Source: a virus | Taxonomy: Duplodnaviria; Caudoviricetes | Reading direction: 5' to 3' (one strand) | Virus record (IMG/VR): IMGVR_UViG_3300027764_000018 | Span: 1 to 32,896 of that record | Length of the DNA stretch: 32,896 nucleotides | Shown: positions 32,813 through 32,896 of the stretch, in pieces | Layout: the number at the start of each line of letters is the position of its first letter | Position numbering within the stretch: the stretch's first letter is position 1 | Notes under the pieces: model-generated | Told to the model about the DNA's origin: nothing | Database searches by the model: none | What the model saw: the letters and a program-made list of their open reading frames with translations, nothing else | Program-made: the position numbers and the translations under genes

Positions 32813-32896
32813 CCATAGTCTTAGGCCAGCGCAGTTTGTCACGGCTTGAGGGCGTACATCCTGATTTGGTGCGCGTCGTCAAGAAAGCCGCCGCGC
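32809..32896 (+). CDS. endolysin, M15 L-Ala-D-Glu peptidase-like, N-terminus (truncated)
   Basis: Manual translation MTIVLGQRSLSRLEGVHPDLVRVVKKAAA; RS...L.GVHPDLV.VV is typical of T5-like endolysins. Confidence 0.8.
   Translation, partial: MTIVLGQRSLSRLEGVHPDLVRVVKKAAA

Noticed and set aside
1-32896. Stop-codon reassignment or alternative genetic code
   Set aside because: Core genes are full length under the standard code, and TAA, TGA and TAG all serve as stops.

Overview
About 33 kb of a tailed, podovirus-type phage genome. The window is cut inside an SF2 helicase at the left end and inside an endolysin at the right end. It has four parts. (1) A replication module (1-6946): SF2 helicase and VRR-NUC leftward; Cas4/DUF2800-like nuclease, SSB-like protein, family A DNA polymerase and RepB-like primase/SF3 helicase fusion rightward. 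(2) A leftward cluster of about 12 small, probably early, genes (7071-10188). (3) A roughly 790-bp non-coding region with inverted iteron-like repeats, a DnaA box and an AT-rich core (probable origin and/or packaging region). (4) A P22-like morphogenesis operon (10981-end): TerS, TerL, portal, an inserted beta-propeller fibre module, scaffold, coat, gp4/gp10-like tail proteins, a 2OG-Fe(II) hydroxylase and GNAT pair, three ejection proteins, holin and endolysin. No integrase, repressor, tRNA, CRISPR or reverse transcriptase is visible. The most notable unexplained signal is a candidate ~86-nt two-hairpin small RNA (6977-7062) with its own near-consensus promoter. Its exposed loop UCCUCACUC is complementary to a GAGTGAG(GA) element in the translation-initiation regions of the nuclease, polymerase, primase and one early gene. 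Other highlights are an 18-bp operator-like motif shared by three promoters, a gene cassette bounded by exact 19-bp direct repeats, and an ejection protein with two matched arms of about 16 x 11-residue repeats. All family assignments come from motif recognition and synteny, not from database searches.
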